From positions 9,430 through 73,429 of the forward strand of contig CAWUJT010000001.1 in the NCBI GenBank assembly GCA_963922715.1: 64,000 bases of DNA, read 5' to 3'. The notes beneath the pieces are model-generated. The model saw nothing but the letters and a program-made list of their open reading frames with translations. It did no database searches and was not told where the DNA came from. The first letter of the stretch is position 1. Every line of letters starts with the position of its first letter. A program made the translations under genes and the position numbers. This document shows positions 31,647-39,988 of this stretch, piece by piece. The stretch is from an uncultured Thalassobacter sp. (GTDB lineage Bacteria > Pseudomonadota > Alphaproteobacteria > Rhodobacterales > Rhodobacteraceae).

Positions 31647-34139
31647 ATGGCACTGTCTCGCCGCAGCACGACGCGCTTTACCGCGAATGTGTGGCCAGGC
31701 TTTGTGGATGCAATGACTGCCTTGTTGCTTGTCTTGATGTTTGTGCTTTCCATTTTTATGATCGTTCAATTCATCCTATCAGAAACAATCTCGGATCAAG
31801 ATACGGAACTTGATCGTCTGAGCGATGAAATAACATCTCTTGCGCAAGAACTCGGATTGGAACAACAACGCGGGTTTAACCTTGAGACTCAAATCATTGA
31901 TCTCACACAGGAACGCAACCGTCAGCAAGCTCTGATTGCGACGTTACGTACACAATCAAGCGATCTCCAGGCGCGCGTTGCCAGCTTTGAAGAACAGGTC
32001 GCAGGATTGCTTGCCGAGCGCAGCAATTTGCAGACACAGCTGGCAAGTACACAACAAAGTTTGACTGAGACAACACAGACACTCGAAGAGACACAAAACC
32101 GCTTGACAGCCTCTAACACTGAAGTCACCCAGTTGATCGGCGCACAAGAAGCCTTGCAATTGGCACTTGCGCGCGCGCGCGACGAGATTGACGCACAAGT
32201 GGAAGCCGCGCGCCTTGCAGCCGCCGAGCGTGAGGCTATGGAGGCGCTTATTGCCGATCTGCAAAGCGATATTGCCGAAACAGAAATATCCTTGGCCCAG
32301 ACACTTGCCGCCCTCACAGAAAGCACAAATCAAGTTGGGACACTTTCAACCCAACTTGAGGCTATGCAGGCAGAGCTTTCGGAGGAAGAAAAAGCGCGGC
32401 TTGCAGAGGTCGCCGCCGCCGAGGCTTTACGAAACGAACTCGCCACTGTCAGGGAAGGGTTGAGCGCACAAGAACAGGCGCGGCTTGCGGAAGCGGCCGC
32501 TGCCGAACAGTTACGCAATCGCTTAGAAAACGCAGAGGCAGAACTTACCGCAATGACACTTGCGCTTGAAGAACAGCGTCAAAAAGCCGAAGAAACGCTT
32601 ATCTTGTTGGCCGCCGCCGAAACACAGCAAGAGGACCTTACGGCGCAATTGGCGCAAGCATTATTAGAGCTTGAAAGCACAGAACTTGCAGCTGCTGCAG
32701 TGAAGCAGAATGCAGATTTACGGCTGGCAGAGCTTTTGGCGGAACTGCGTGCGGCGCGAAACCAGTCCAACGAGCAGGCTTCAGCGGCAAGAGATACACA
32801 AATGCGTCTCAACGAAACGCGCGCGCGTTTGGAAATATCACGCGCTGAAATGGCGTCCGCTCTGGATACTGTAAATGAACTCGACCAACGTCTGACAACC
32901 GCACAGGCTGCGTTAGCCGCTACCGAAAGAAACGCGCAAAACTTGTCTTTAAAGGTGCAAAGCTTGGAGATGCAATTGGCCGTGGCTCAGCAAGCACCAG
33001 CGCGGGACGATGGCAGTGCACCAGATGCTTCTGTTCAGGCTGAACTGCAGAGGCGCTTGGACGATGTTCTCAGCGATAGAAACAGGCTGACAAGCATAAA
33101 TCAAAATCTCGAGGCTGAGATAGCTACTTTACGCGTTCAACAAAGACAAGAACAGCAGGAAAGGACAAATCTTCGGGAAGCGCTTGAAGCGGCTATCGCG
33201 GCAGAACTCGCTCAGCTAGATGCATTGGAGACCACACAGGAAGATCTTGCCGCCGCGCTTGCTGCCCGATTGGCGGCTGAACGGGAAACCGATAAAGCTT
33301 TAACGGTAGCAGAACAGCGGGCTGTGTTACTTGCGCAAGCTGAAACCGCTCTTTCTGAAGCGGAGGACGATGTATTAGCTGCGCGACGCGACGCGGCACT
33401 TCTTAATGAACAACTGCGCGAACTGCGTGCACAACTTCGCGCTTTATCTGTGACCTTAGACGTTTATCAATCTCAGGATGAAGAAAAACAGGTCCAGATT
33501 GAAAACCTCAGCTCACGGCTTAACACGGCCCTTGCACGTGTCGCCGAAGAGCAACGTCAGCGTGCGGAAGCAGCTGAAGACATACTTGCCTTGCAAAGAG
33601 AGTTAGACAGCGAGCGGCTCTTAAGACTGGAAGCAGAGGCTGATTTGCTGGCTGAGCTTGAGAAAGAAAACGAAGCCCTCAGCCGCGCACAGTCAGAATT
33701 CTTTGGGCAATTGCGTGATATTTTTGAAAATCAAGACGGCGTTGAAATTGTGGGTGACAGATTTGTCTTTCGCTCAGAAGTTCTCTTTCCTTTAGGCGGG
33801 GCGGAGTTGTCAGCAGATGGACGTGATGAAATCGCAAAAGTGGCGGGAATACTACAAGAGGCATCGGCACGTATCCCTCCGGAAATCAATTGGGTGTTAC
33901 AGGTCAACGGTCATACAGATAATGTCCCTGTCTCAAGTACGAACCGCTACAAAAACAACTGGGAGTTGAGCCAAGCGCGGGCCTTGTCCGTTGTGATTTA
34001 TCTGATTGAAGAGCTTGGCTTGCCACCTGACCGCTTGTCTGCGAATGGATTTGGTGAATATCAACCCATCAATTTTGCAGACACGCCGGAAGCACGGGCG
34101 CAGAACCGTAGGATTGAATTGAAGTTTACTCAGAGATAA
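31647..34139 (+). CDS. MotB-like protein: N-terminal plug/TM with a conserved Asp, a ~640-residue coiled coil, and a C-terminal OmpA-like peptidoglycan-binding domain
   Basis: An 830-aa ORF starting 3 nt after the preceding gene, with a GAGGAG Shine-Dalgarno sequence. The N-terminus is WPGFVDAMTALLLVLMFVL (Asp codon at 31707-31709). The centre is A/E/L/Q-rich with heptad character. The C-terminus is NGHTDNVPV...NWELSQARALSVVIYL...NRRIELKF (OmpA/MotB C-terminal motif). Confidence 0.8.
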   Translation: MALSRRSTTRFTANVWPGFVDAMTALLLVLMFVLSIFMIVQFILSETISDQDTELDRLSDEITSLAQELGLEQQRGFNLETQIIDLTQERNRQQALIATLRTQSSDLQARVASFEEQVAGLLAERSNLQTQLASTQQSLTETTQTLEETQNRLTASNTEVTQLIGAQEALQLALARARDEIDAQVEAARLAAAEREAMEALIADLQSDIAETEISLAQTLAALTESTNQVGTLSTQLEAMQAELSEEEKARLAEVAAAEALRNELATVREGLSAQEQARLAEAAAAEQLRNRLENAEAELTAMTLALEEQRQKAEETLILLAAAETQQEDLTAQLAQALLELESTELAAAAVKQNADLRLAELLAELRAARNQSNEQASAARDTQMRLNETRARLEISRAEMASALDTVNELDQRLTTAQAALAATERNAQNLSLKVQSLEMQLAVAQQAPARDDGSAPDASVQAELQRRLDDVLSDRNRLTSINQNLEAEIATLRVQQRQEQQERTNLREALEAAIAAELAQLDALETTQEDLAAALAARLAAERETDKALTVAEQRAVLLAQAETALSEAEDDVLAARRDAALLNEQLRELRAQLRALSVTLDVYQSQDEEKQVQIENLSSRLNTALARVAEEQRQRAEAAEDILALQRELDSERLLRLEAEADLLAELEKENEALSRAQSEFFGQLRDIFENQDGVEIVGDRFVFRSEVLFPLGGAELSADGRDEIAKVAGILQEASARIPPEINWVLQVNGHTDNVPVSSTNRYKNNWELSQARALSVVIYLIEELGLPPDRLSANGFGEYQPINFADTPEARAQNRRIELKFTQR
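32394..32525 (+). repeat. Intragenic duplication inside the coiled-coil gene: a ~45-nt segment repeated with an 84-nt (28-codon) offset
   Basis: GCGCGGCTTGCAGAGGTCGCCGCCGCCGAGGCTTTACG at 32394 aligns with GCGCGGCTTGCGGAAGCGGCCGCTGCCGAACAGTTACG at 32478. At the protein level this is ARLAEVAAAEALRNEL versus ARLAEAAAAEQLRNRL. I counted roughly 65% identity over 48 nt, higher over the first 30. Confidence 0.5.
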
Positions 34140-35157
34140 GGCGTGTGGTTGTTTGCAACCCGTCGATTTTTTCACCGTTGCGCCAAAGGTCAATTTCGCC
34201 GCGATAAATACCTACAGGCATAACGCGCCCGCGAAGACGTCTTCCTGCCGCGCGGAAAGCCTGGGCTTGGGAGCGGTCAATGTCGATACGCCTTTGGAAT
34301 ACTGGCTCATCATTAGGTCCAAAGATGCGCATGTCCAATGTATCGCCCGCACGTGTCCCAAAGAGATAGGCCCAAAGCACCAACGCCCCGGCGGGCGTTG
34401 ACAAGGTCTCTGAGTGTGCTGAGCCCGCTTTAACATCTGCATAGTCTGGTACAGCGTCTGAAAACCCTACTGTCAAAAGACCGCCTGGAATGTAATCAGG
34501 CGTTTCCACCCAAAGAGTGCGCGCGGCTTCCATACATGCAGCGCCTTGCCAAGGCACAAATGGGTCAACAACAGTATCATCGTGCCGGACAATGAACTCT
34601 AGGTGTGGAAATTCCGTAAATCCTGACAGTCCTATATCACCAAGCCGCATTCCGGTTTCAACGGGGTCACCGGGTTGGACAGAAACAGAGCCCTTTTTGA
34701 GATGGCAGTACTGTGTGCGCCATCCGTTGTCATGCTCAATCACAACGCCATTACCACAGCCTTTGCCGCTAAGGGCGGCCCGACGTTCAGGTGTTAGATA
34801 AGCGTCTTCGATCCCATCCCGTACAGCGCGCACAGTACCATTCGCGGCAGCCAGAACCGATATACCATTTATCATGCCTTCAAGATCTAGTGCACGAATA
34901 TCTGTGCCGGCATGTCCATCATAACTGAGCTTATTGCCCATAAAATCGGCATAATCGGGACCGGGCTCCTGATCGACATATTGCTGGATCACACATTGAT
35001 CTCCGTTGATACACTCTACCGGCCAGGCCAACTCGATACCCGTCGAGGCAACATCGCACAAGTGCTCTTCTGCAGACAGTGGTTCTATCGTAAAACTAAT
35101 GGCCCCCAGGACAAACACGGGGATCATTGTAATCTTCTGTATCACATAGACATTCAT
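34126..35157 (-). CDS. Secreted M23-family metallopeptidase
   Basis: A 343-aa ORF with an N-terminal signal-like segment MIPVFVLGAISFTIEPLSA. M23 motifs are present: HAGTDI, then GWRTQYCHLKKGSV and GLSGFTEFPHLEF. Its ATG overlaps the clpA stop (ATGA). Confidence 0.8.
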   Translation of the reverse strand: MNVYVIQKITMIPVFVLGAISFTIEPLSAEEHLCDVASTGIELAWPVECINGDQCVIQQYVDQEPGPDYADFMGNKLSYDGHAGTDIRALDLEGMINGISVLAAANGTVRAVRDGIEDAYLTPERRAALSGKGCGNGVVIEHDNGWRTQYCHLKKGSVSVQPGDPVETGMRLGDIGLSGFTEFPHLEFIVRHDDTVVDPFVPWQGAACMEAARTLWVETPDYIPGGLLTVGFSDAVPDYADVKAGSAHSETLSTPAGALVLWAYLFGTRAGDTLDMRIFGPNDEPVFQRRIDIDRSQAQAFRAAGRRLRGRVMPVGIYRGEIDLWRNGEKIDGLQTTTRLISE

Positions 35158-37490
35158 TCAGCTGTCAGCAGAGGTGGTTTTTTGCGCCCCAGTTTAGGTG
35201 CATCCGGAGATTGTATGCGTAAATCAAGCGTCTCGTCTTTCACACCCACTTGGACAAGCCCGCCTTTGGTAAGTTTGCCAAACAACAGCTCCTCTGCCAA
35301 AGGTTTCTTGATGTGTTCTTGGATAACACGACCAAGGGGCCGGGCGCCCATTTTATCATCGTAGCCTTTATCGGCGATCCATTCAGCAGCCGGGCGGGTG
35401 AGTTCGATGGACACGCCGCGATCCATCAGTTGCGCTTCCAATTGGAGAACGAATTTTTCTACGACCTGCAAGATAACCTCTTTGCCAAGCGGTGCGAAAG
35501 AGACCACGGCATCAAGGCGGTTGCGGAATTCTGGCGTGAATGTCCGCTCAATCGCTGCCATATCTTCGCCCTCGCGACGATCTCGGCCAAATCCGATGGC
35601 TTCTTTGGCTTGCTCGGCTGCACCGGCATTTGAGGTCATGATCAAGATGACATTACGAAAATCAGTCGTGCGGCCATTGTGGTCGGTCAATTTGCCGTGA
35701 TCCATGACTTGCAAAAGGATATTATAAACATCTGGATGCGCCTTTTCGATCTCATCCAAAAGCAGGACACAATGGGGGTTTTGGTCGACTGAGTCTGTGA
35801 GCATTCCGCCTTGGTCAAAACCAACATAGCCAGGGGGCGCACCGATTAATCGGCTGATGGCGTGTTTTTCCATGTACTCAGACATATCGAAGCGTATCAT
35901 CTCAACGCCCAATGTATCGGCAAGTTGCTTGGCAACCTCTGTCTTACCAACGCCAGTGGGTCCCGCAAACAAATAATTTCCAATCGGTTTTTCCGGTTCT
36001 CGCAACCCAGCACGGGCCAATTTGATTGCGGACGATAACGTCTCAATCGCTGGGTCCTGACCAAACACAACGCGTTTTAGGTTTGCCTCGAGATCGCGTA
36101 AAACTTCTGCATCGTCTTTGGATACATTCTTGGGTGGAATGCGAGCGATTTTCGCCACAACAGTCTCGATTTCTTTAGTACTGATGGTTTTGCGTCGCTT
36201 GCTCTCAACAATAAGGGCCTGAGCGGCACCTGCCTCATCAATAACGTCGATGGCTTTGTCGGGCAGCTTACGATCGTTGATATATCTGGCTGAAAGCTCC
36301 ACCGCAGATTTTATCGCATCAGAGGTGTATTTTATCGAATGGTGATCTTCAAAATACGGCTTTAGACCTTTGAGAATTTTGATGGAATCCTCCACGGACG
36401 GCTCATTCACGTCGATTTTCTGGAACCGGCGTGACAAAGCACGGTCCTTTTCAAAATGCTGGCGAAATTCCTTATAGGTTGTGGAGCCCATACATCTTAA
36501 TTTGCCCCCCTGCAGAGCGGGTTTGAGAAGATTAGAGGCGTCCATCGCCCCGCCTGATGTAGCACCGGCACCGATGACCGTATGGATCTCGTCGATAAAC
36601 AACACGGCATCGGGATGATCTTCAAGTTCTGACACAACCGCTTTCAAACGCTCTTCAAAATCTCCTCTGTAGCGTGTGCCCGCCAAAAGTGCCCCCATAT
36701 CCAGGGAGTATATGGTCGAATGGATCAAGACTTCCGGGATTTTCCCCTCAACAATTCGATGTGCGAGCCCTTCTGCAATGGCTGTTTTGCCGACACCAGG
36801 ATCACCCACAAGAAGAGGATTATTCTTTCGACGACGGCATAATACTTGAATGCATCTTTCAACCTCATGGTCACGACCGATCAGAGGATCTACATCGCCT
36901 TTGCGGGACTTTTTGTTGAGATCAACACAGTATTTCGACAGGGCCGTTTCTTTGTTTTCCGATGGGTTTGGGCCCTGCTCGTTTGTATCGTTTGCCTCAT
37001 TTTCAAATCCGTCTGCCCCTTGGACCGGGCGTGTTTCACCAAAATCTGGATCTTTTGCAACGCCATGCGCGATATAGTTTACCGCATCATAACGGGTCAT
37101 ATCCTGATCTTGTAAGAAATAAACGGCGTTTGATTCGCGTTCTGCAAAGATAGCCACAAGGACATTCGCGCCTGTCACTTCTGTCCGACCAGAGCTTTGC
37201 ACATGAATGGCAGCCCTTTGAATAACGCGTTGAAAGGCTGCCGTTGGAACAGCTTCAGACCCGTCAACATCTGTGACCAGTGTTGAAAGATCATCTTGGA
37301 TAAATGTGATAAGTGTTTGACGTAACACATTCAAATCCACACTACACGCCTGCATCACCTTTTGCGCATCGGGCTCATCAATGAGTGCCAGAAGCAAATG
37401 TTCTAAGGTGGCAAGCTCATGTTTGCGTGCATTTGCTTGTGCCAGCGCTGTGTGGATTGCTTGCTCTAGAGTATTCGAAAATGAGGGCAC
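35154..37490 (-). CDS. clpA: ATP-dependent Clp protease ATP-binding subunit ClpA
   Basis: A 778-aa ORF with the N-terminal Clp repeat HELATLEHLLLALI. Two AAA+ modules are present (GDPGVGKTAI and GPTGVGKTEVAKQLA). The GTG start at 37490 has AAGGAG 6 nt upstream. Confidence 0.96.
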   Translation of the reverse strand: MPSFSNTLEQAIHTALAQANARKHELATLEHLLLALIDEPDAQKVMQACSVDLNVLRQTLITFIQDDLSTLVTDVDGSEAVPTAAFQRVIQRAAIHVQSSGRTEVTGANVLVAIFAERESNAVYFLQDQDMTRYDAVNYIAHGVAKDPDFGETRPVQGADGFENEANDTNEQGPNPSENKETALSKYCVDLNKKSRKGDVDPLIGRDHEVERCIQVLCRRRKNNPLLVGDPGVGKTAIAEGLAHRIVEGKIPEVLIHSTIYSLDMGALLAGTRYRGDFEERLKAVVSELEDHPDAVLFIDEIHTVIGAGATSGGAMDASNLLKPALQGGKLRCMGSTTYKEFRQHFEKDRALSRRFQKIDVNEPSVEDSIKILKGLKPYFEDHHSIKYTSDAIKSAVELSARYINDRKLPDKAIDVIDEAGAAQALIVESKRRKTISTKEIETVVAKIARIPPKNVSKDDAEVLRDLEANLKRVVFGQDPAIETLSSAIKLARAGLREPEKPIGNYLFAGPTGVGKTEVAKQLADTLGVEMIRFDMSEYMEKHAISRLIGAPPGYVGFDQGGMLTDSVDQNPHCVLLLDEIEKAHPDVYNILLQVMDHGKLTDHNGRTTDFRNVILIMTSNAGAAEQAKEAIGFGRDRREGEDMAAIERTFTPEFRNRLDAVVSFAPLGKEVILQVVEKFVLQLEAQLMDRGVSIELTRPAAEWIADKGYDDKMGARPLGRVIQEHIKKPLAEELLFGKLTKGGLVQVGVKDETLDLRIQSPDAPKLGRKKPPLLTAE

Positions 37491-37702
37491 AGAGTGCTCC
37501 TTTCCTTCGTTTGATGATGTCGGCCCAGATATTTGAGAGCCTGCCTGCTATATTTTAAGTTTTGGTTGCTCTGGCGTTGTCTTCAAGTCTTTTCTGACGG
37601 TATCAGTTGTTCATGACCAAAAAAATGTGGGGCGATAAGATTTTGCTTAACTAATAGACTAAGTAAGCGTACAGTTGGCCTAAACAAGAGCAGTTGTTTG
37701 TA

Positions 37703-38464
37703 CTAAAATCTATCCTTACGCCGCCTCATTTCCACAAACGTTTCCTCATCAGATGCTTGACTGAGGCCAAGTTGGGATTTGACAGTTGCAAGATGGGTGC
37801 GCAAAAATGGATTGGTTGCGCGTTCTTCCCTCAGCAAAGACGGCACAGTTGGGATATTTTGGTCTCTCAACATATGGATTTTGTCCATACGTGCTTTTAA
37901 AGCATGGTTTTCGGGCTCTATGGTCAGGGCAAAACGCGCATTTGCAGCCGTATATTCATGCCCACTACAGATCAAAGTCTCATCCGGGAGCGTATTGAAC
38001 TTGCTCAAACTTTGCCACATCTGTGAATATGTGCCTTCAAATACACGCCCGCAGCCTAGCGCCATAAGACTGTCACCCGTAAAGGCATAACCGGACAATA
38101 TGTAGGCAACGTGTCCGATTGTATGACCAGACACATCCCATACGGTGATCGTTTCCCCCAAGACCTGAAAAGTGTCGTCTTCAGCGACCGCTTTAGAAAG
38201 AGGCGGCAGTCGCTTGATATCAGCTGCCGCACCAATGACTTCAGCCTGTTCTATATCTTTCAAATCGTTTAATCCGGCAATATGATCATCATGGTGATGG
38301 GTAATCAGCACAGACTTCAAGCGAAGGGCCTCTTGTTCAAGAACTTCATTTATAGGGGCGGCCTCTGGAACATCGACGACAGCCGCCTCTTTTGTTTCTG
38401 AGTTGATCAAAACAAAAGCATAGTTATCTTGAAGGCAAGGGACAGTTCGAACATCAAGCACCAT
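37703..38464 (-). CDS. gloB: Hydroxyacylglutathione hydrolase (glyoxalase II)
   Basis: MVLDVRTVPCLQDNYAFVL and the metallo-beta-lactamase motif THHHDDH are present. The ATG at 38464 has GAGGAG 6 nt upstream. The longer ORF-track start is rejected. Confidence 0.92.
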   Translation of the reverse strand: MVLDVRTVPCLQDNYAFVLINSETKEAAVVDVPEAAPINEVLEQEALRLKSVLITHHHDDHIAGLNDLKDIEQAEVIGAAADIKRLPPLSKAVAEDDTFQVLGETITVWDVSGHTIGHVAYILSGYAFTGDSLMALGCGRVFEGTYSQMWQSLSKFNTLPDETLICSGHEYTAANARFALTIEPENHALKARMDKIHMLRDQNIPTVPSLLREERATNPFLRTHLATVKSQLGLSQASDEETFVEMRRRKDRF

Positions 38465-38527
38465 GAAAATCTCCTCATGTTCTATAGATAGTCGGTAAGG
38501 TAACAATAAACTTAGGGAAGGGTCCCA

Positions 38528-39322
38528 ATGCACCTCGACGTGGTTGATTTGCGTAATTTCTATTATAGGTCAAATCTTGGAAGAGTTGCAAAAAAAGCGG
38601 TGCGCGACAAAGTAGAGTATCTTTGGCCTGCCAAAGATATGAGTGGGCTTACAATGGCTGGATTTGGTTTTGCAATACCGCTGCTGCGGTCTTATATGAA
38701 GACAGCGCATCGTGTGATCGCCCTTATGCCGGGTCAACAAGGGGCGATGCCATGGCCAAGCGGACAGCCAAATGTGAGTATTCTTTGTAATGAGACACTT
38801 TGGCCATTGCAAGCTGGACAAGTGGATAGAGTGATCTTAATGCATGGCCTTGAAACGTCTGAACACGCAACAGCCGTGCTGCAGGAGTGTTCTCGTGTGC
38901 TTGTCTCCCAAGGGCGGGCGCTTTTTATTGTGCCCAATCGATCCGGCCTTTGGGCCAGACGCGACGCGACACCATTCGGTTTCGGGCGCCCCTATACGCT
39001 GAGCCAGCTTGAAACACAGGCCAAACAAGCTGGTTTTACCGTGGAGCGTCATGTCACAGCTCTTTACACGCCCCCTACAACAAAACGATCCTGGTTGAAA
39101 ATCTCAAATTGGTTGGAGCATACGGGCGCAAGTCTCCCTTATATTGCAGTCGGCGGTGTTATTTTGCTGGAGGTTGTCAAACAAACATACGCCCCAATGC
39201 GCCCCGGCTTGGCGGAGCGTGTCAGGCGCCCCTTAAGTGTTCTGGAGCCGTCGCTGCCAGAGCCGAAACCCGCCGGTAAAATATACACCAATCATAAGGT
39301 TGCAGGGTCAAAGACCGTCTGA
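38528..39322 (+). CDS. Class I SAM-dependent methyltransferase-like protein
   Basis: A 264-aa ORF divergent from gloB, an arrangement I recall as common in alphaproteobacteria. The methyltransferase motifs are weak, so the call is tentative. Confidence 0.5.
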   Translation: MHLDVVDLRNFYYRSNLGRVAKKAVRDKVEYLWPAKDMSGLTMAGFGFAIPLLRSYMKTAHRVIALMPGQQGAMPWPSGQPNVSILCNETLWPLQAGQVDRVILMHGLETSEHATAVLQECSRVLVSQGRALFIVPNRSGLWARRDATPFGFGRPYTLSQLETQAKQAGFTVERHVTALYTPPTTKRSWLKISNWLEHTGASLPYIAVGGVILLEVVKQTYAPMRPGLAERVRRPLSVLEPSLPEPKPAGKIYTNHKVAGSKTV

Positions 39323-39424
39323 TAAAGGGACCAAAAATATATTCAGATTTGCTTTCCCAAGCAATTCGACGATATAAAATTGATACAGTGTTTGTTTATG
39401 CAAAACACAATTGAAAGGGTGGAT

Positions 39425-39988
39425 GTGTCAGAATCAGCCTCAATTTCAAAATCAATCGCTGAGCGCTATGCGACAGCTGTATTCGATTTATATTCGGACG
39501 ATAAAAATCTAAAACAGCTTGAGACAGATATAATCGCATTGGAAGACATACTTTCTGAAAGCGAAGAGTTGCACGCGGTTCTTGTGTCCCCCGCTTTCTA
39601 CAGCCGAAGCGAACAAGCGGCTGCTTTGCAAGCGCTATCGGAAAAAATAGGTCTTGGTGACGTCTTGACGCAAACACTCCAGTTGATGGCCTTGAAACGT
39701 CGGTTATTTGTTGTCCCACAGCTTATAGATGTGCTTAAAACGCGTCTTGCTGATGCAAAAGGGGAGATAACGGTCGATATCGTCAGTGCAAAAGCCCTGA
39801 CAAAAACGCAAACGGAAAAATTGTCCAAGACGCTCAAAGACGCCCTGGAACATACCGTAAATATCAATACAGCCGTAGATAATACACTGATTGGCGGCTT
39901 AATCATCAAAGTTGGCTCACGCATGATCGACACAACGGTTCGTGCGCGCCTGAACGCAATCCAGAACACCATGAAAGAGGTCGGATAA
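39425..39988 (+). CDS. atpH: F0F1 ATP synthase subunit delta
   Basis: (M)[21 protein letters not shown] is a typical delta/OSCP N-terminus. I prefer the GTG at 39425, which follows GAAAGG, but the ATG at 39398 is possible. The stop overlaps the atpA start. Confidence 0.85.
   Translation: MSESASISKSIAERYATAVFDLYSDDKNLKQLETDIIALEDILSESEELHAVLVSPAFYSRSEQAAALQALSEKIGLGDVLTQTLQLMALKRRLFVVPQLIDVLKTRLADAKGEITVDIVSAKALTKTQTEKLSKTLKDALEHTVNINTAVDNTLIGGLIIKVGSRMIDTTVRARLNAIQNTMKEVG

Noticed and set aside
32167-32180. Short (GC)n run GCGCGCGCGCG inside the coiled-coil gene
   Set aside because: It simply encodes Ala-Arg-Ala-Arg and is too short to be meaningful on its own.
31903-32812. Several minus-strand and alternative-frame ORFs (for example 31922-32326 and 31956-32333) within the coiled-coil gene
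   Set aside because: The GCN/GAR/CTN-rich repetitive coding sequence removes stop codons from other frames. Their products are Ala/Ser/Cys-rich nonsense.
31647-34139. Repetitive sequence checked as a possible CRISPR array or other spaced-repeat locus
   Set aside because: The repeats are degenerate, in frame, and protein-coding (heptad-based). There is no constant repeat/spacer periodicity and there are no cas genes.
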